Below are positions 1-10,619 of a stretch of DNA of 35,957 bases, one piece after another; the first letter of the stretch is position 1; each line of letters starts with the position of its first letter. The DNA lies in sequence record SRR20825010_214. One strand, given 5' to 3'. The translations under genes and the position numbers were made by a program. Below the pieces are notes generated by a model. It saw nothing but the letters and a program-made list of their open reading frames with translations. It made no database searches and had not been told where the DNA came from.

Positions 1-1
1 T

Positions 2-295
2 GCACCAGGCCAAAAGGTGGTAATTGTGGAAGACCTAGTTTCTACAGGAGGAAGTTCCTTAAAAGCCGCAGAAGCACTAAAAGCCGCGGGTTATGAAGTA
101 TTGGGAATGGTGGCCATCTTTACGTATGGTTTCCCATTAGCAGACGATAATTTTGAGAAAGCAGGCATCAAGCTTCATTGCTTAAGTAACTATTCTGTTA
201 TGCTAGAGAAGGCCAAAGAACTCGGTTATGTGAACCAAGACGATTTGGCCTCTTTGGAAAAATGGAGACAAGACCCCGCTAACTGGAAAGGTTAA
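2..295 (+). CDS. pyrE: Orotate phosphoribosyltransferase, C-terminal part (5' truncated by window edge)
   Basis: Frame open from position 2 (APGQKVVIVEDLVSTGGSS). PRPP-binding motif VEDLVSTGGS and Bacteroidetes-type C-terminus (IFTYGF...WRQDPANW). Confidence 0.92.
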   Translation, partial: APGQKVVIVEDLVSTGGSSLKAAEALKAAGYEVLGMVAIFTYGFPLADDNFEKAGIKLHCLSNYSVMLEKAKELGYVNQDDLASLEKWRQDPANWKG

Positions 296-318
296 TCCGC
301 AATGCACTAATCTAAAAT

Positions 319-1422
319 ATGCCTAAAGACAAACTGAGGCTTCTTTTCATTACTTACCAAGGCGGCTTGGCTGGCTCTACCAACTCCATTGCCTATTTGG
401 CAAAAGGATTGGCTGAAAAGGGGCATGAGGTTTTTGTCGGTTGCAAAGAAGGCATGCTCATTTGGGATTTACTGGAAGGCAGCAAAGCCCATAGAATCCC
501 GATGACCTTCAAAGGGAAATTCGATACTGAAAACTGGCGACAGATCAGAGATGCAGTTAAGGCACATGGCATTCAAGTGATCAATGCCCAATCGAGTTAT
601 GATCGGTATACAGCCATTTTTGCCAAGCTGCGATACAAACTCAAAGTAGAAACTGTTCACACCCGAAGACAAAACCCATTAAGTGCTGGCGGCTGGTTAC
701 AGAAATGGTTTTATGTCAAAAACACGGCTGGAATTGTGGTGATTAGCGAAGGGCTAAAAACTATTTTTGTTGATAAAGGCTACCCAAAAGATCATCTAAA
801 AGTAATTCACAACGGCATTCCCGCAGAGCGCTTAACACAATGGAATGAAGAATCTGTGGATGCTTTCAGATCAAAGCTTGACGTTCAACCGGATGAGAAA
901 ATTATCGGTTGTGTTTCTCGTTTCAAAGAGCAGCCGCAAATTATTGAAGCCGTTGCCCAGCTGAATAACCCAAGTATTAAGCTCGTTTTTGCAGGAATAG
1001 AACAAAGCCAGCTTACGCCTTACATTCAACAATTCGGTCTTAAAAATGAAGTGATTTGCTTGGGCGATGTCTCCGGAAAAGAAGTCCTCAACCTCTACCG
1101 TGTATTCGACATCAACATTCTTGCGTCAACAATGGATGGCTTTGGCTTGGTCCTGATTGAAGCAATGGCCATGAAATGCCCCGTAATTGCCACCAACTTT
1201 GGAGGCATAGCCGATGTAGTTCAAAACAACTACAATGGCTTTCTCTTTGAAAACGGAGATATTACAGTACTTGCTTCAAAAATCAAGGAATTGCTCTCCA
1301 ACCAAGCCACCAGAGAGAAGTTTATCGAAAACGGATTAATTACCGCCTTCGAGACTTTCAGCATGAGGAATACAATTAACAACTATGAGGAATACTTCTA
1401 TAGTTTATTAGCCAAAAACTAG
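319..1422 (+). CDS. Glycosyltransferase family 4 (GT-B fold)
   Basis: N-terminal GGLAGS, LAKGLAEKGHEV, VIHNGI, and C-terminal DGFGLVLIEAMAMKCPVIATNFGG signature. Confidence 0.9.
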   Translation: MPKDKLRLLFITYQGGLAGSTNSIAYLAKGLAEKGHEVFVGCKEGMLIWDLLEGSKAHRIPMTFKGKFDTENWRQIRDAVKAHGIQVINAQSSYDRYTAIFAKLRYKLKVETVHTRRQNPLSAGGWLQKWFYVKNTAGIVVISEGLKTIFVDKGYPKDHLKVIHNGIPAERLTQWNEESVDAFRSKLDVQPDEKIIGCVSRFKEQPQIIEAVAQLNNPSIKLVFAGIEQSQLTPYIQQFGLKNEVICLGDVSGKEVLNLYRVFDINILASTMDGFGLVLIEAMAMKCPVIATNFGGIADVVQNNYNGFLFENGDITVLASKIKELLSNQATREKFIENGLITAFETFSMRNTINNYEEYFYSLLAKN

Positions 1423-1459
1423 AATCAAAGCTTAAATTGCAGGTTGAAAACTATGCAGA

Positions 1460-3730
1460 ATGGATTACCTCTCTTCCCTTAATGAACCTCAATACGAAGG
1501 AGTAGTGAATACGGAAGGCCCCACTATGATTATTGCTGGTGCGGGCTCCGGAAAAACAAGAGTACTCACCTACCGAATCGCTTATCTAATGCAGGAAAAA
1601 GGGGTTGATCCGTTCAATATTCTTTCCCTCACCTTTACCAATAAGGCCGCAAAAGAAATGCGCGAAAGGATTGAAGGCGTAGTAGGTTCCAATGCAAGAA
1701 ACCTTTGGATGGGGACTTTCCACTCTGTTTTTGCCAGAATTCTAAGGGCAGAGGCAGGTAAATTAGGTTACCCAAGTAATTTCACCATTTATGATACGGA
1801 CGATTCTAAGTCTCTGATCAGAAATATTGTAAAAGAATATGGCTTAGACGATAAAACCTATAAGCCCAATACCGTACTCAGCAGGATTTCGAGCGCGAAG
1901 AACAGATTGATTTCTTGGCAGGAATACACCACCAACCCCATTTACAAAGCTGATGATGATGCGGCCATGAAGCCAGAAATGGGCATGCTTTACAAGGCCT
2001 ATAGTTTGCGTTGCAAAAAAGCAGACGCCATGGATTTTGATGACTTGCTTTTCAATACCAACGTGCTTTTCAGAGACCATTTAGACGTATTGAACAAATA
2101 CCAACATCGATTCAGATACGTGTTGGTGGATGAGTTTCAAGACACAAACGTTTCTCAATATTTGATTACCAAGAAGCTTTCAGCTGTCAATCAAAACATA
2201 GCGGTTGTTGGCGATGACGCGCAAAGTATTTATGCTTTCCGTGGAGCAGATATTGAAAACATTCTGAATTTTGAAAAAGACTTTCCAGACCTAAAGGTCA
2301 TCAAACTGGAGCAGAACTATCGTTCTACCCAAAACATAGTTAACGCTGCAAATTCGGTAATTGGAAGAAACAAAGGCCAGCTAAAAAAAACCGTTTGGAC
2401 CGCCAACAACGATGGCAACCAAATTGAGTTGATCAAATCGGTTTCGGACAATGAAGAAGGCCGCTTTGTGGCCTCAGAGATTTTTGAAAAAAAAGCCAAT
2501 CACAATTATAAAAACGAAGATTTCGCTATTCTGTACCGTACAAATAGCCAGTCACGTTCAATTGAAGAAGCCTTAAGAAAATCCGGCATTGCCTACCGCA
2601 TTTATGGTGGTCTTTCCTTCTACCAAAGGAAAGAAATTAAGGATTTGATGGGCTACCTTAGGTTTGCCATCAACCCTAACGATGAACAATCTTTCAGAAG
2701 AATCATCAACTTGCCAAAACGAGGTATTGGCCCTACTTCGGTAGAGAAAATTGTAGTTGCTGCTTTTGAGCATGACATTCCCCTTTGGGAAGTGCTTATC
2801 AATATCAACTCCTTTTTACCCGGTCGCGCTGCGAATGCTATCAACGATTTTGTTACGTTGATTAAGAGTTTTAAAATTTATGTCGAAAGCAAAGATGCCT
2901 TTGAAACGGCCAGTCATATTGCCAAAAACTCTGGATTACTAAAAGAGTTGTACGCAGACAAAACGATTGAAGGCCTGAACCGCTATGAAAACGTTCAGGA
3001 ATTATTGAACGCCATCAAAGAATTTGTCGACACTCCTGAGGTGGAAGACAAATCGCTGAATAACTTCATGCAGGACATTGCTTTATTAACGGACAATGAC
3101 AAGGATAATGAAGAGACGGATGTAGTTACTTTAATGACCATTCACTCGGCCAAAGGACTTGAATTTAAGAATGTATTCATTGTGGGCTTGGAAGAAGATC
3201 TCTTCCCTTCGCAAATGATGATGAGCAGCAGGGCTGATTTAGAAGAAGAGAGGCGTTTATTCTACGTGGCAATCACTAGGGCAAAAGAAAACCTCTATTT
3301 CTCCTATGCGCTATCACGCTATCGCTACGGGCGTTTACTCAATTGTGAACCTAGTCGATTTATTGAAGAAGTAGACCCGAGTTACATTAAGGTCAATACA
3401 AAATACGGAAGCCGAGAACAAAAGCCTTCAAGCTTTAGTCCAAGTAGAAATGCACCCGAGGTAGGCTCAAACTATGCTCGGAATTTAATTGCGAATAGAA
3501 ATGCTGCGCCCAAAAAGCCGATGTCATATCATAAGCCTTCGGATAATTTTAGCCCGAGTGATATTTCAAACCTCAAAGAAGGAATGAAAGTAGAACATCC
3601 AAAATTCGGTTTTGGCAAGGTTCATAAAATGGATGTAGAAGGCTCAAACAAAAAAGCGAAAGTGATATTTGAGAGCTTTGGCGAAAAAACCTTGTTATTA
3701 AGCTTTGCAAAGCTGAGGATTGTGGAATAA
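1460..3730 (+). CDS. pcrA: ATP-dependent DNA helicase PcrA/UvrD
   Basis: AGAGSGKT Walker A, VDEFQD, VGDDAQSIY, LEQNYRST, MTIHSAKGLEF, EERRLFYVAITRA; C-terminal Tudor-like HPKFGFG tail. Confidence 0.95.
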   Translation: MDYLSSLNEPQYEGVVNTEGPTMIIAGAGSGKTRVLTYRIAYLMQEKGVDPFNILSLTFTNKAAKEMRERIEGVVGSNARNLWMGTFHSVFARILRAEAGKLGYPSNFTIYDTDDSKSLIRNIVKEYGLDDKTYKPNTVLSRISSAKNRLISWQEYTTNPIYKADDDAAMKPEMGMLYKAYSLRCKKADAMDFDDLLFNTNVLFRDHLDVLNKYQHRFRYVLVDEFQDTNVSQYLITKKLSAVNQNIAVVGDDAQSIYAFRGADIENILNFEKDFPDLKVIKLEQNYRSTQNIVNAANSVIGRNKGQLKKTVWTANNDGNQIELIKSVSDNEEGRFVASEIFEKKANHNYKNEDFAILYRTNSQSRSIEEALRKSGIAYRIYGGLSFYQRKEIKDLMGYLRFAINPNDEQSFRRIINLPKRGIGPTSVEKIVVAAFEHDIPLWEVLININSFLPGRAANAINDFVTLIKSFKIYVESKDAFETASHIAKNSGLLKELYADKTIEGLNRYENVQELLNAIKEFVDTPEVEDKSLNNFMQDIALLTDNDKDNEETDVVTLMTIHSAKGLEFKNVFIVGLEEDLFPSQMMMSSRADLEEERRLFYVAITRAKENLYFSYALSRYRYGRLLNCEPSRFIEEVDPSYIKVNTKYGSREQKPSSFSPSRNAPEVGSNYARNLIANRNAAPKKPMSYHKPSDNFSPSDISNLKEGMKVEHPKFGFGKVHKMDVEGSNKKAKVIFESFGEKTLLLSFAKLRIVE

Positions 3731-3901
3731 AAAAGAATTAACTTACTGCCATAACAACCCTGCGCGTTATGCGTTAAGTTTACAGCAAGTCCGAAAGAAG
3801 GATCATTTTTATAAAACGGTGCTCAAACCGATGAATATCTACGATCAAATAGACCTTCTTCTTCCAGAATAATTGTTAATTTCGTAGTGAAAAGTAAAAA
3901 C

Positions 3902-4540
3902 ATGAGTTTAGAATATAATACCCAAAGAGAAGATGTAATCCAGAAGGAATACGGTAGAAACGTACAGAAACTGGTTGAATATATCAAAACCGTTGAAGAC
4001 AAAGAGAAGCGCAACCAATATGCACAAACGCTCACTGACCTTATGCGTCAGATCAACCCAAATTTGCTTCGCGAAAATGCCGAATACGATCAAAAAGTAT
4101 GGGATGATTTATACATCATGTCTCGTTTTGATTTAGACGTTGAGTCTCCTTTTCCAATGCCTGAAAAAGAGTCGATTGGTAAGAAACCACAACGCATGGA
4201 GTACAAAACCGATGAAATCAAGTTCCGCCATTATGGTAGAAACTTAGAGACAATGGTGAAATTGGCAGTTAAAATGGAAGATGATGAATCTCGAGAAACT
4301 GCTATTATTCACATCGGTCGTTTAATGAAAAGTTTCTTTTCTAACTGGAACAAAGACAATATTGAAGACGAAGTTATTGCTCAACACATTCATAGAATGT
4401 CCAAAGGTCAATTGGTAGTCAATATTGAGAAAATCAAAGAAGAAGGCCTTTTCAACACTAGCGTAAGAGAAAGAAGACCCTCTTCTGGGTCATCTAACCA
4501 AAACAGAAAAAAGAATTATACAAAACGTAGACGCGCATAA
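3902..4540 (+). CDS. DUF4290 family protein
   Basis: LEYNT...EYGRNVQKLV, KVWDDLYIMS.FDLDVESPFP, RHYGRN; typical Bacteroidetes gene upstream of murA. ATG 3902 preferred over GTG 3887. Confidence 0.85.
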   Translation: MSLEYNTQREDVIQKEYGRNVQKLVEYIKTVEDKEKRNQYAQTLTDLMRQINPNLLRENAEYDQKVWDDLYIMSRFDLDVESPFPMPEKESIGKKPQRMEYKTDEIKFRHYGRNLETMVKLAVKMEDDESRETAIIHIGRLMKSFFSNWNKDNIEDEVIAQHIHRMSKGQLVVNIEKIKEEGLFNTSVRERRPSSGSSNQNRKKNYTKRRRA

Positions 4541-4543
4541 TTA

Positions 4544-5848
4544 ATGGCATCTTTTGTAATTGAAGGCGGTACTAAACTGAATGGAGAAATAACTCCGCAG
4601 GGTGCCAAAAACGAAGCATTGCAAATTCTGTGTGCTGTTTTAATCACTTCTGAACCTGTTACACTTCACAAAGTTCCCGACATACGTGATGTAAACAAAC
4701 TCATTGAATTACTTGGCGCCATGGGTGTAGAAGTGCAATTCTTGGGGGGTGAGAGTTACCGCTTTTGTGCAAAGAATGTAAATATTGATTACCTAGAAAC
4801 TGAAGAGTTCCGAACAAAAGCTTCATCGCTACGTGGTTCGGTAATGATTCTAGGACCGCTTTTGGCTCGTTTTGGTAAAGCAAAGATATCTAAACCAGGT
4901 GGTGATAAAATTGGTCGAAGAAGGCTAGACACCCACTTTATAGGTTTTCAAAAACTAGGTGCACGCTTTCTTTACGAATCTGAAACAGGCATGTACCATA
5001 TTGATGCTTCCCAACTAAAAGGCACTTATATGCTTTTAGAAGAAGCCTCTGTTACCGGCACTGCTAATATCTTGATGGCTGCCGTAATGGCAAAGGGCAA
5101 AACCACCATTTATAATGCTGCCTGCGAGCCTTACTTACAACAGCTTTGCGCCATGTTGAATAGAATGGGTGCGAAAATCACTGGAGTAGGTTCTAACTTA
5201 TTACATATCGAAGGTGTTGATTCGCTTATTGGAACCGAGCATACCATGCTGCCTGATATGATTGAAATTGGTAGTTTTATTGGTATGGCTGCCATGACAC
5301 AATCTGAAATTACTATTAAGGATTGCCGAATCGATCAGCTAGGTTTGATCCCCGATACTTTTAAGAAAATGGGGGTTCAAATGGAGTTTAGAGGTGATGA
5401 CATCTTTATCCCAGGTCAAGACCACTATGAAATTGAAACCTTCATTGATGGTTCTATTATGAATATTTCAGATGCCATTTGGCCAGGGCTAACGCCTGAT
5501 CTTTTGAGTATTATTTTGGTAATGGCTACCCAAGCCAAAGGAACAGTTTTAGTACATCAGAAAATGTTTGAAAGCCGCTTGTTCTTTGTGGACAAGTTGA
5601 TCGACATGGGTGCTCAAATCATTCTATGCGATCCACACAGGGCCACCGTCATTGGTTTAAACCGCCAGCAGAAATTAAAGGGAATTCGAATGACTTCACC
5701 TGATATTCGTGCTGGACAAGCCTTGCTGATTGCCGCACTTTCTGCCGAAGGCACCAGTGTGATTGACAATGTTGAACAAATAGACAGAGGCTATCAGCAC
5801 ATAGACAAGCGATTGAATGCTTTAGGCGCTAAGATTCAAAGACAATAA
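4544..5848 (+). CDS. murA: UDP-N-acetylglucosamine 1-carboxyvinyltransferase
   Basis: GAKNEAL, PGGDKIGRR, SVTGTAN, EPY, MFESR, SPDIRAG, IDRGY motifs. Confidence 0.97.
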   Translation: MASFVIEGGTKLNGEITPQGAKNEALQILCAVLITSEPVTLHKVPDIRDVNKLIELLGAMGVEVQFLGGESYRFCAKNVNIDYLETEEFRTKASSLRGSVMILGPLLARFGKAKISKPGGDKIGRRRLDTHFIGFQKLGARFLYESETGMYHIDASQLKGTYMLLEEASVTGTANILMAAVMAKGKTTIYNAACEPYLQQLCAMLNRMGAKITGVGSNLLHIEGVDSLIGTEHTMLPDMIEIGSFIGMAAMTQSEITIKDCRIDQLGLIPDTFKKMGVQMEFRGDDIFIPGQDHYEIETFIDGSIMNISDAIWPGLTPDLLSIILVMATQAKGTVLVHQKMFESRLFFVDKLIDMGAQIILCDPHRATVIGLNRQQKLKGIRMTSPDIRAGQALLIAALSAEGTSVIDNVEQIDRGYQHIDKRLNALGAKIQRQ

Positions 5849-5915
5849 GGTTTAAGAAGCCATTCATGTTATATTGAGCTAATATTCAGGTTCAACCTAA
5901 GTACTCAAAAACTGC

Positions 5916-6650
5916 ATGAGCAAAAAACACCACGAAGCCCACTTACACGGTAGAACATCGTTCTTCTCGAAATTCCAAGAATACATTGGAGAGTTCATTT
6001 ATGGAGGAATTGATGGTAGTGTTACCACTTTCGCTGTTGTGGCAGGCGCTGCAGGTGCTCACTTAGACAGTTCCGTAGTCATCATTCTCGGTTTTGCCAA
6101 CCTTTTTGCCGATGGTTTCGCCATGTCCGTGGGGAGTTATCTTTCCACCAAATCAGAAAAACAGAATTACGATAAACATAAGGCTATTGAATATTGGGAA
6201 GTAGATCACTTGCCAGAAAAAGAACGCGAGGAAATCAGTGAAATCTATCAAGCCAAGGGTTTTGAAGGTGAACTTTTGGAGCAAGTGGTAGATAAAATCA
6301 CTGAAGATAAAGATCGTTGGGTAGACGTAATGATGAAGGAAGAGTTGGAGATGATAGAAGAAACCAAGTCGCCTTTTCAAATGGGGCTTGTGACTTTTAT
6401 CTCTTTCTTAATTATGGGCTTTATTCCGCTGATTGTTTACGTGATTGATTACACACAAGGACTCGATGCCAATCTATTCCTTTATTCTTCCATTCTGACC
6501 TTTGTCGCTTTTGGTGTCATCGGATATGCAAAGAGTTATGTGACCTCTACCAGCCGAGTGCGAGGCGTCTTTGAAACCCTTTTCTTAGGTGGGTCCGCTG
6601 CTATTTTGGCCTATTACGTAGGTGTAATTCTCGAAAAAATGATTTCCTAA
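5916..6650 (+). CDS. VIT1/CCC1 family Fe2+/Mn2+ transporter
   Basis: YGGIDGSVTTFAVVAG, LGFANLFADGFAMSVGSYLS, acidic cytoplasmic insert (EREEISEIY...MMKEEL); His-rich N-terminus. Confidence 0.9.
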   Translation: MSKKHHEAHLHGRTSFFSKFQEYIGEFIYGGIDGSVTTFAVVAGAAGAHLDSSVVIILGFANLFADGFAMSVGSYLSTKSEKQNYDKHKAIEYWEVDHLPEKEREEISEIYQAKGFEGELLEQVVDKITEDKDRWVDVMMKEELEMIEETKSPFQMGLVTFISFLIMGFIPLIVYVIDYTQGLDANLFLYSSILTFVAFGVIGYAKSYVTSTSRVRGVFETLFLGGSAAILAYYVGVILEKMIS

Positions 6651-6722
6651 GCATCCATAGACATCTTTCTTTGTCAATTATAAAGCAATTGCTTTATATT
6701 CAATGTCAAACTTAGTAACAGA

Positions 6723-7424
6723 ATGAAATTCGGAACTTCACGCAGACTCAGCAAGGTCAAAAAAGCGGATGTAATCACCTACATGATTGAGATCTTCATT
6801 GTAATTTTTGGGATTACAGTGGCCTATCAACTCAATGTGATTTATGAGGACTCCAAGGATCTTAAGCTAGAAAAAGGCGCAATTGAAAAGGTACATACGG
6901 AGCTAGAATTGAATATAACCGAGTTTGAATCGTTGGCAGATGAACGTTTGGAACTACTTGAAAATGAGAACCAGTTGGCTCAAATCCTTTACTCTGACGG
7001 TTATCTCTATACTGAAGGTAGCTTAGAAAATGAAGAAATATCTAAGTACCTCTTCGCTATTAATAAAACATATAAGTCCAACCTCCAGTTTGAGGGACTA
7101 AACTTTTACCTGAACACCAACTACACCACCAGTAATTCCGAGCTCAAGAATGACCTGATCACTTTAAAAAATAAATACACGGCATTAAAAGAAGTCGCCC
7201 AATATCACGTCAGTATGAAGGAGAAGTATTACAACGATTTCTTGATCAAAGATGTAGATTTTGGTTTACAGAAAGTAGTCAATTTTGATCGAATCAAAAG
7301 TGTAGAATTCAAGAACTTAATCCTTAATCTGATTGAAAATGAAATCGAGTTAAACAGACTTTTGCAAGAAGCATATGAGGTAGCTCTCGATATAGACGAG
7401 AACCTCGAAGCCAAAATTCGTTAA
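6723..7424 (+). CDS. Hypothetical membrane-anchored helical protein (DUF6090-like)
   Basis: Single N-terminal TM segment YMIEIFIVIFGITVAYQLN followed by a helical/coiled region. Confidence 0.65.
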   Translation: MKFGTSRRLSKVKKADVITYMIEIFIVIFGITVAYQLNVIYEDSKDLKLEKGAIEKVHTELELNITEFESLADERLELLENENQLAQILYSDGYLYTEGSLENEEISKYLFAINKTYKSNLQFEGLNFYLNTNYTTSNSELKNDLITLKNKYTALKEVAQYHVSMKEKYYNDFLIKDVDFGLQKVVNFDRIKSVEFKNLILNLIENEIELNRLLQEAYEVALDIDENLEAKIR

Positions 7425-7468
7425 CAAGCCTATTACTCCTTTCTGTAGGGATTTTTTCAATAGAAAAC

Positions 7469-8728
7469 CTAAGCCACAAATCCCACACCGACCGTGTTAT
7501 TGGTGAACTCATCAATTAAAATAAAAGCTCCATTGTTTCTATTTTGCTGATAGGAGTCGGCTAAAATTACTTTGGAAGACTTCAAAACTACTTCTCCGAT
7601 ATCGTTCAATTGAAAATCTGAGCCCCCTGACTCCACCAACAGACGCTCCGTATTTACCTTATGGTTCAAACTCAGCACTTTCACTCTCGATTCATTCACT
7701 CCATGTTGTAACTTATAAGTTTTCCCAACCACCAATGGATTACTATCCATCCAGCAAACATCTGAAGTAACCTCATTCCCAAAGTTTAGACTCCCCTCCT
7801 TCACTAACATATCACCTCTGCTGGCTCCAATATCATCTTTCAATAGAATACTCACCGACTCTCCTGCAATAGCCTCCTCCAGTTCTGATTTGTATTTATA
7901 AATGGCACTAATCTCTGATATGGCACCCGAAGGCAAAACGGTGACCTTATCTCCTACTTTGAATACACCACTAGCCACTTTGCCAGCATAACCTCTATAA
8001 TCGTGATACGCCTTTGTTTTGGGTCTAATGACTTGCTGGACAGGAAGCCTTGATGGCAACTCTCTCTGCTGAGCTTTGACTTCAATAGCCTCCAGTACTT
8101 CCATCAGCGAATCACCCAAGTACCAAGGCATTTGTTCACTGCTCTCAACTATATTTTGACTGTAAAGCGAGCTAATGGGCAGGAAAGAAATATCAATTTC
8201 TGTCAACGAAGCGTTAGCTACTAAAACTTTCACTTCATTTACAATACTTTCAAAACGCGCTTGTTCATAACTGACTAAATCCATTTTATTGACACAAACC
8301 ACCACTTTAGGTACGCGTAAAAGATGCGCAATGTAAAGGTGTCTTCTCGTCTGTTCTACCAATCCATTTCTGGCGTCAATCAGAATCAACGATACATCAG
8401 CATTACTTGCCCCCGTCACCATATTTCGGGTGTATTCAATATGACCTGGAGTATCAGCAATAATGTATTTTCTCGATTTCGTGGCGAAATAAATATGTGC
8501 CACATCAATCGTAATTCCTTGCTCTCTTTCTGCCACCAATCCATCTGTCAGTAATGAAAGGTCCGTATAATCCAGTCCCTTTCTTCGGCTGCTTTCTTCA
8601 ATGGCCAATAGCTTATCGGTAGTAATGGATTTGGTATCAAAGAGCAGTCTGCCAATTAGAGTGCTTTTCCCATCGTCTACACTTCCAGCCGTAGCAATGC
8701 GTAATACTTGTTTATTAGAAATATCCAT
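7469..8728 (-). CDS. cysN: Sulfate adenylyltransferase subunit 1 (no fused CysC)
   Basis: GSVDDGKSTLIGRLL, EREQGITIDVA, DTPGH, NKMD. True start probably ATG 8728 (MDISNK), overlapping the cysD stop by 14 nt. Confidence 0.95.
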   Translation of the reverse strand: MDISNKQVLRIATAGSVDDGKSTLIGRLLFDTKSITTDKLLAIEESSRRKGLDYTDLSLLTDGLVAEREQGITIDVAHIYFATKSRKYIIADTPGHIEYTRNMVTGASNADVSLILIDARNGLVEQTRRHLYIAHLLRVPKVVVCVNKMDLVSYEQARFESIVNEVKVLVANASLTEIDISFLPISSLYSQNIVESSEQMPWYLGDSLMEVLEAIEVKAQQRELPSRLPVQQVIRPKTKAYHDYRGYAGKVASGVFKVGDKVTVLPSGAISEISAIYKYKSELEEAIAGESVSILLKDDIGASRGDMLVKEGSLNFGNEVTSDVCWMDSNPLVVGKTYKLQHGVNESRVKVLSLNHKVNTERLLVESGGSDFQLNDIGEVVLKSSKVILADSYQQNRNNGAFILIDEFTNNTVGVGFVA

Positions 8729-9620
8729 ATTGTTTTCTTTTTTCCATAGCGGCTTCCGAACGTTTATCATCAATTCTAGCACCGCGTTCGGAAATAGTGG
8801 CACTCAAAATCTCTTCAATTACTGTTTCAATTTGGTCGGCTTCAGATTCTACCGCTGCCGTACAGGTCATGTCGCCTACAGTGCGAAAGCGGACCGTGCG
8901 CGTTACTATTTTTTCGTTTTCATCTTTATTGATGAAAGATGAATTTGGCCAAATCATGCCGTCACGTTGAAAAACTTCGCGTTGATGGGCGTAGTAAATG
9001 GAAGGGATTTCAAGACCTTCTTCTCTGATGTAATTCCAAACATCAATTTCTGTCCAATTAGAGATGGGGAATGCACGCACATTTTCACCCACATGTACTC
9101 TTCCATTGAGCATATCAAAAAGTTCAGGGCGTTGTTGCTTGGAGTCCCATTGCCCAAAATCATCTCGCACCGAAAATACGCGTTCTTTAGCCCGGGCCTT
9201 TTCTTCATCTCGTCTCGCTCCGCCTATGCAGGCGTCAAACTTGAATTCTTCAATAGCAGACAATAAAGTCACGGTTTGAAGTGCGTTTCTACTGGCGTAC
9301 TTCCCAGATTCCTCCACTGCTATTTTCTTGTCAATTGAATCTTGCACATAACGCACATGCAAATCGAGTCCCAACTCTTCTACCAAGGCATCACGAAAGG
9401 CAATGGTCTCTGGAAAATTATGTCCGGTATCCACGTGTAACAGTGGGAATGGAATTTTACCAGGGTAAAACGCCTTTTCGGCCAAACGTACCAAAGTGAT
9501 AGAATCCTTACCTCCTGAAAACAACAACACAGGTCGCTCAAACTGAGCAGCCACTTCCCTCATGATATAAATAGATTCATCTTCCAACTCGCGTGGAAAC
9601 TGTCCATCAAAAACATTCAT
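8715..9620 (-). CDS. cysD: Sulfate adenylyltransferase subunit 2
   Basis: LFSGGKDS, HVDTGHNF, GGARRDEEKARAKER, QRPEL, VRFRTVGD, MEKRKQYGYF. Confidence 0.97.
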   Translation of the reverse strand: MNVFDGQFPRELEDESIYIMREVAAQFERPVLLFSGGKDSITLVRLAEKAFYPGKIPFPLLHVDTGHNFPETIAFRDALVEELGLDLHVRYVQDSIDKKIAVEESGKYASRNALQTVTLLSAIEEFKFDACIGGARRDEEKARAKERVFSVRDDFGQWDSKQQRPELFDMLNGRVHVGENVRAFPISNWTEIDVWNYIREEGLEIPSIYYAHQREVFQRDGMIWPNSSFINKDENEKIVTRTVRFRTVGDMTCTAAVESEADQIETVIEEILSATISERGARIDDKRSEAAMEKRKQYGYF

Positions 9621-9626
9621 AATTGC

Positions 9627-10337
9627 TTATTTCTTAATTGTAATTGCGTGTAATCCACATTCCTTTTGTGAGTTCTCCCACCACCATCGACCTGCTCGTG
9701 CAGGCTCGTCAGGGCTTATTGCCCGAGTGCATGGCTGGCAACCAATACTCACAAAGCCCTTATTATGAAGCGAATTGTAGGGCACTTTGTATTTTTCGAG
9801 ATAAGCCAGTATGGCCTCATAACTCCAATTCAGAATGGGATTATATTTTATTACCTGATTGGCTTCATCCCATTCGAACAAATCTAAATGTTGACGATTT
9901 TGTGATTGGGCAGCTCGTAAACCTGTGATCCAAATTTTAGTGTTTCTCAGTGCACGTTTTAATAGTACCACCTTTCTTATGAAACAGCATTCCTTTCTAT
10001 TTTCAACCGACTCGTAAAAGCTGAAAAAACCCTTCTCCCTAACCAAAGGCTCAACATCTTCTGCCTTTGGAAAATAGGTTGTTATTTCTTGTGCGTAACG
10101 CCCTCGCGTCTTTTCCATTAAATCGTAAGTTTCAGGAAACAGGCGTCCAGTATCTAAAGTAAAAACCTCTACCTCCAACTGATTACGGAAAATGATATCA
10201 GCTATGACTTGGTCTTCTTGTCCTAAGGCGCTTGAAAACTTAACCTGAGAAGGAAATTCGTTGGTCAGTGTTGAGATTACCTCCTCTATCGAAAGTCCAC
10301 TAAATCGGTGATTATATTCTTCTATTCTATCCTTCAT
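9627..10337 (-). CDS. cysH: APS/PAPS reductase (Fe-S, APS-reductase type)
   Basis: LDTGRLFPETY, ECCFIRK, SIGCQPCTR, RAGRWWWE, KECGLH. Confidence 0.95.
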   Translation of the reverse strand: MKDRIEEYNHRFSGLSIEEVISTLTNEFPSQVKFSSALGQEDQVIADIIFRNQLEVEVFTLDTGRLFPETYDLMEKTRGRYAQEITTYFPKAEDVEPLVREKGFFSFYESVENRKECCFIRKVVLLKRALRNTKIWITGLRAAQSQNRQHLDLFEWDEANQVIKYNPILNWSYEAILAYLEKYKVPYNSLHNKGFVSIGCQPCTRAISPDEPARAGRWWWENSQKECGLHAITIKK

Positions 10338-10341
10338 CTTT

Positions 10342-10587
10342 CTACTTTTTCAGTTTAACAGAAGACCAAGCACGCTCATGAAAATAGTAGAGCACTATTT
10401 TGCTAAAAACCTCAACCGAGCCAATGGAAAGGGCCAAACTCACCTCGCCAATTATAAAATAAGAGATCATTATGGTATCGATCGTACCTACAATTCGCCA
10501 GCTAACGGTTTTCAGAATGCTTTTGAGATTACTATCACGTAGCTCCTGCTTTTCTATTTCCCCTTTTACGACCGAGTCTAAAAGCAT
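10342..10587 (-). CDS. DUF2061 small membrane protein
   Basis: KSILKTVSWRIVGTIDT...YYFHERAW signature. ATG 10587 preferred because GTG 10620 overlaps the -7 promoter box. Confidence 0.88.
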   Translation of the reverse strand: MLLDSVVKGEIEKQELRDSNLKSILKTVSWRIVGTIDTIMISYFIIGEVSLALSIGSVEVFSKIVLYYFHERAWSSVKLKK

Positions 10588-10619
10588 AGTAGTTCCCTTT
10601 TGTTGAAATATTGATATCA

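Noticed and set aside
3740-3859. Weak hairpins between pcrA and DUF4290 (AACTTA/TAAGTT, CATAAC/GTTATG, AGAAGG/CCTTCT)
   Set aside because: Stems are 6 bp or less in AT-rich DNA and match no riboswitch I recognise; may be only a weak terminator.
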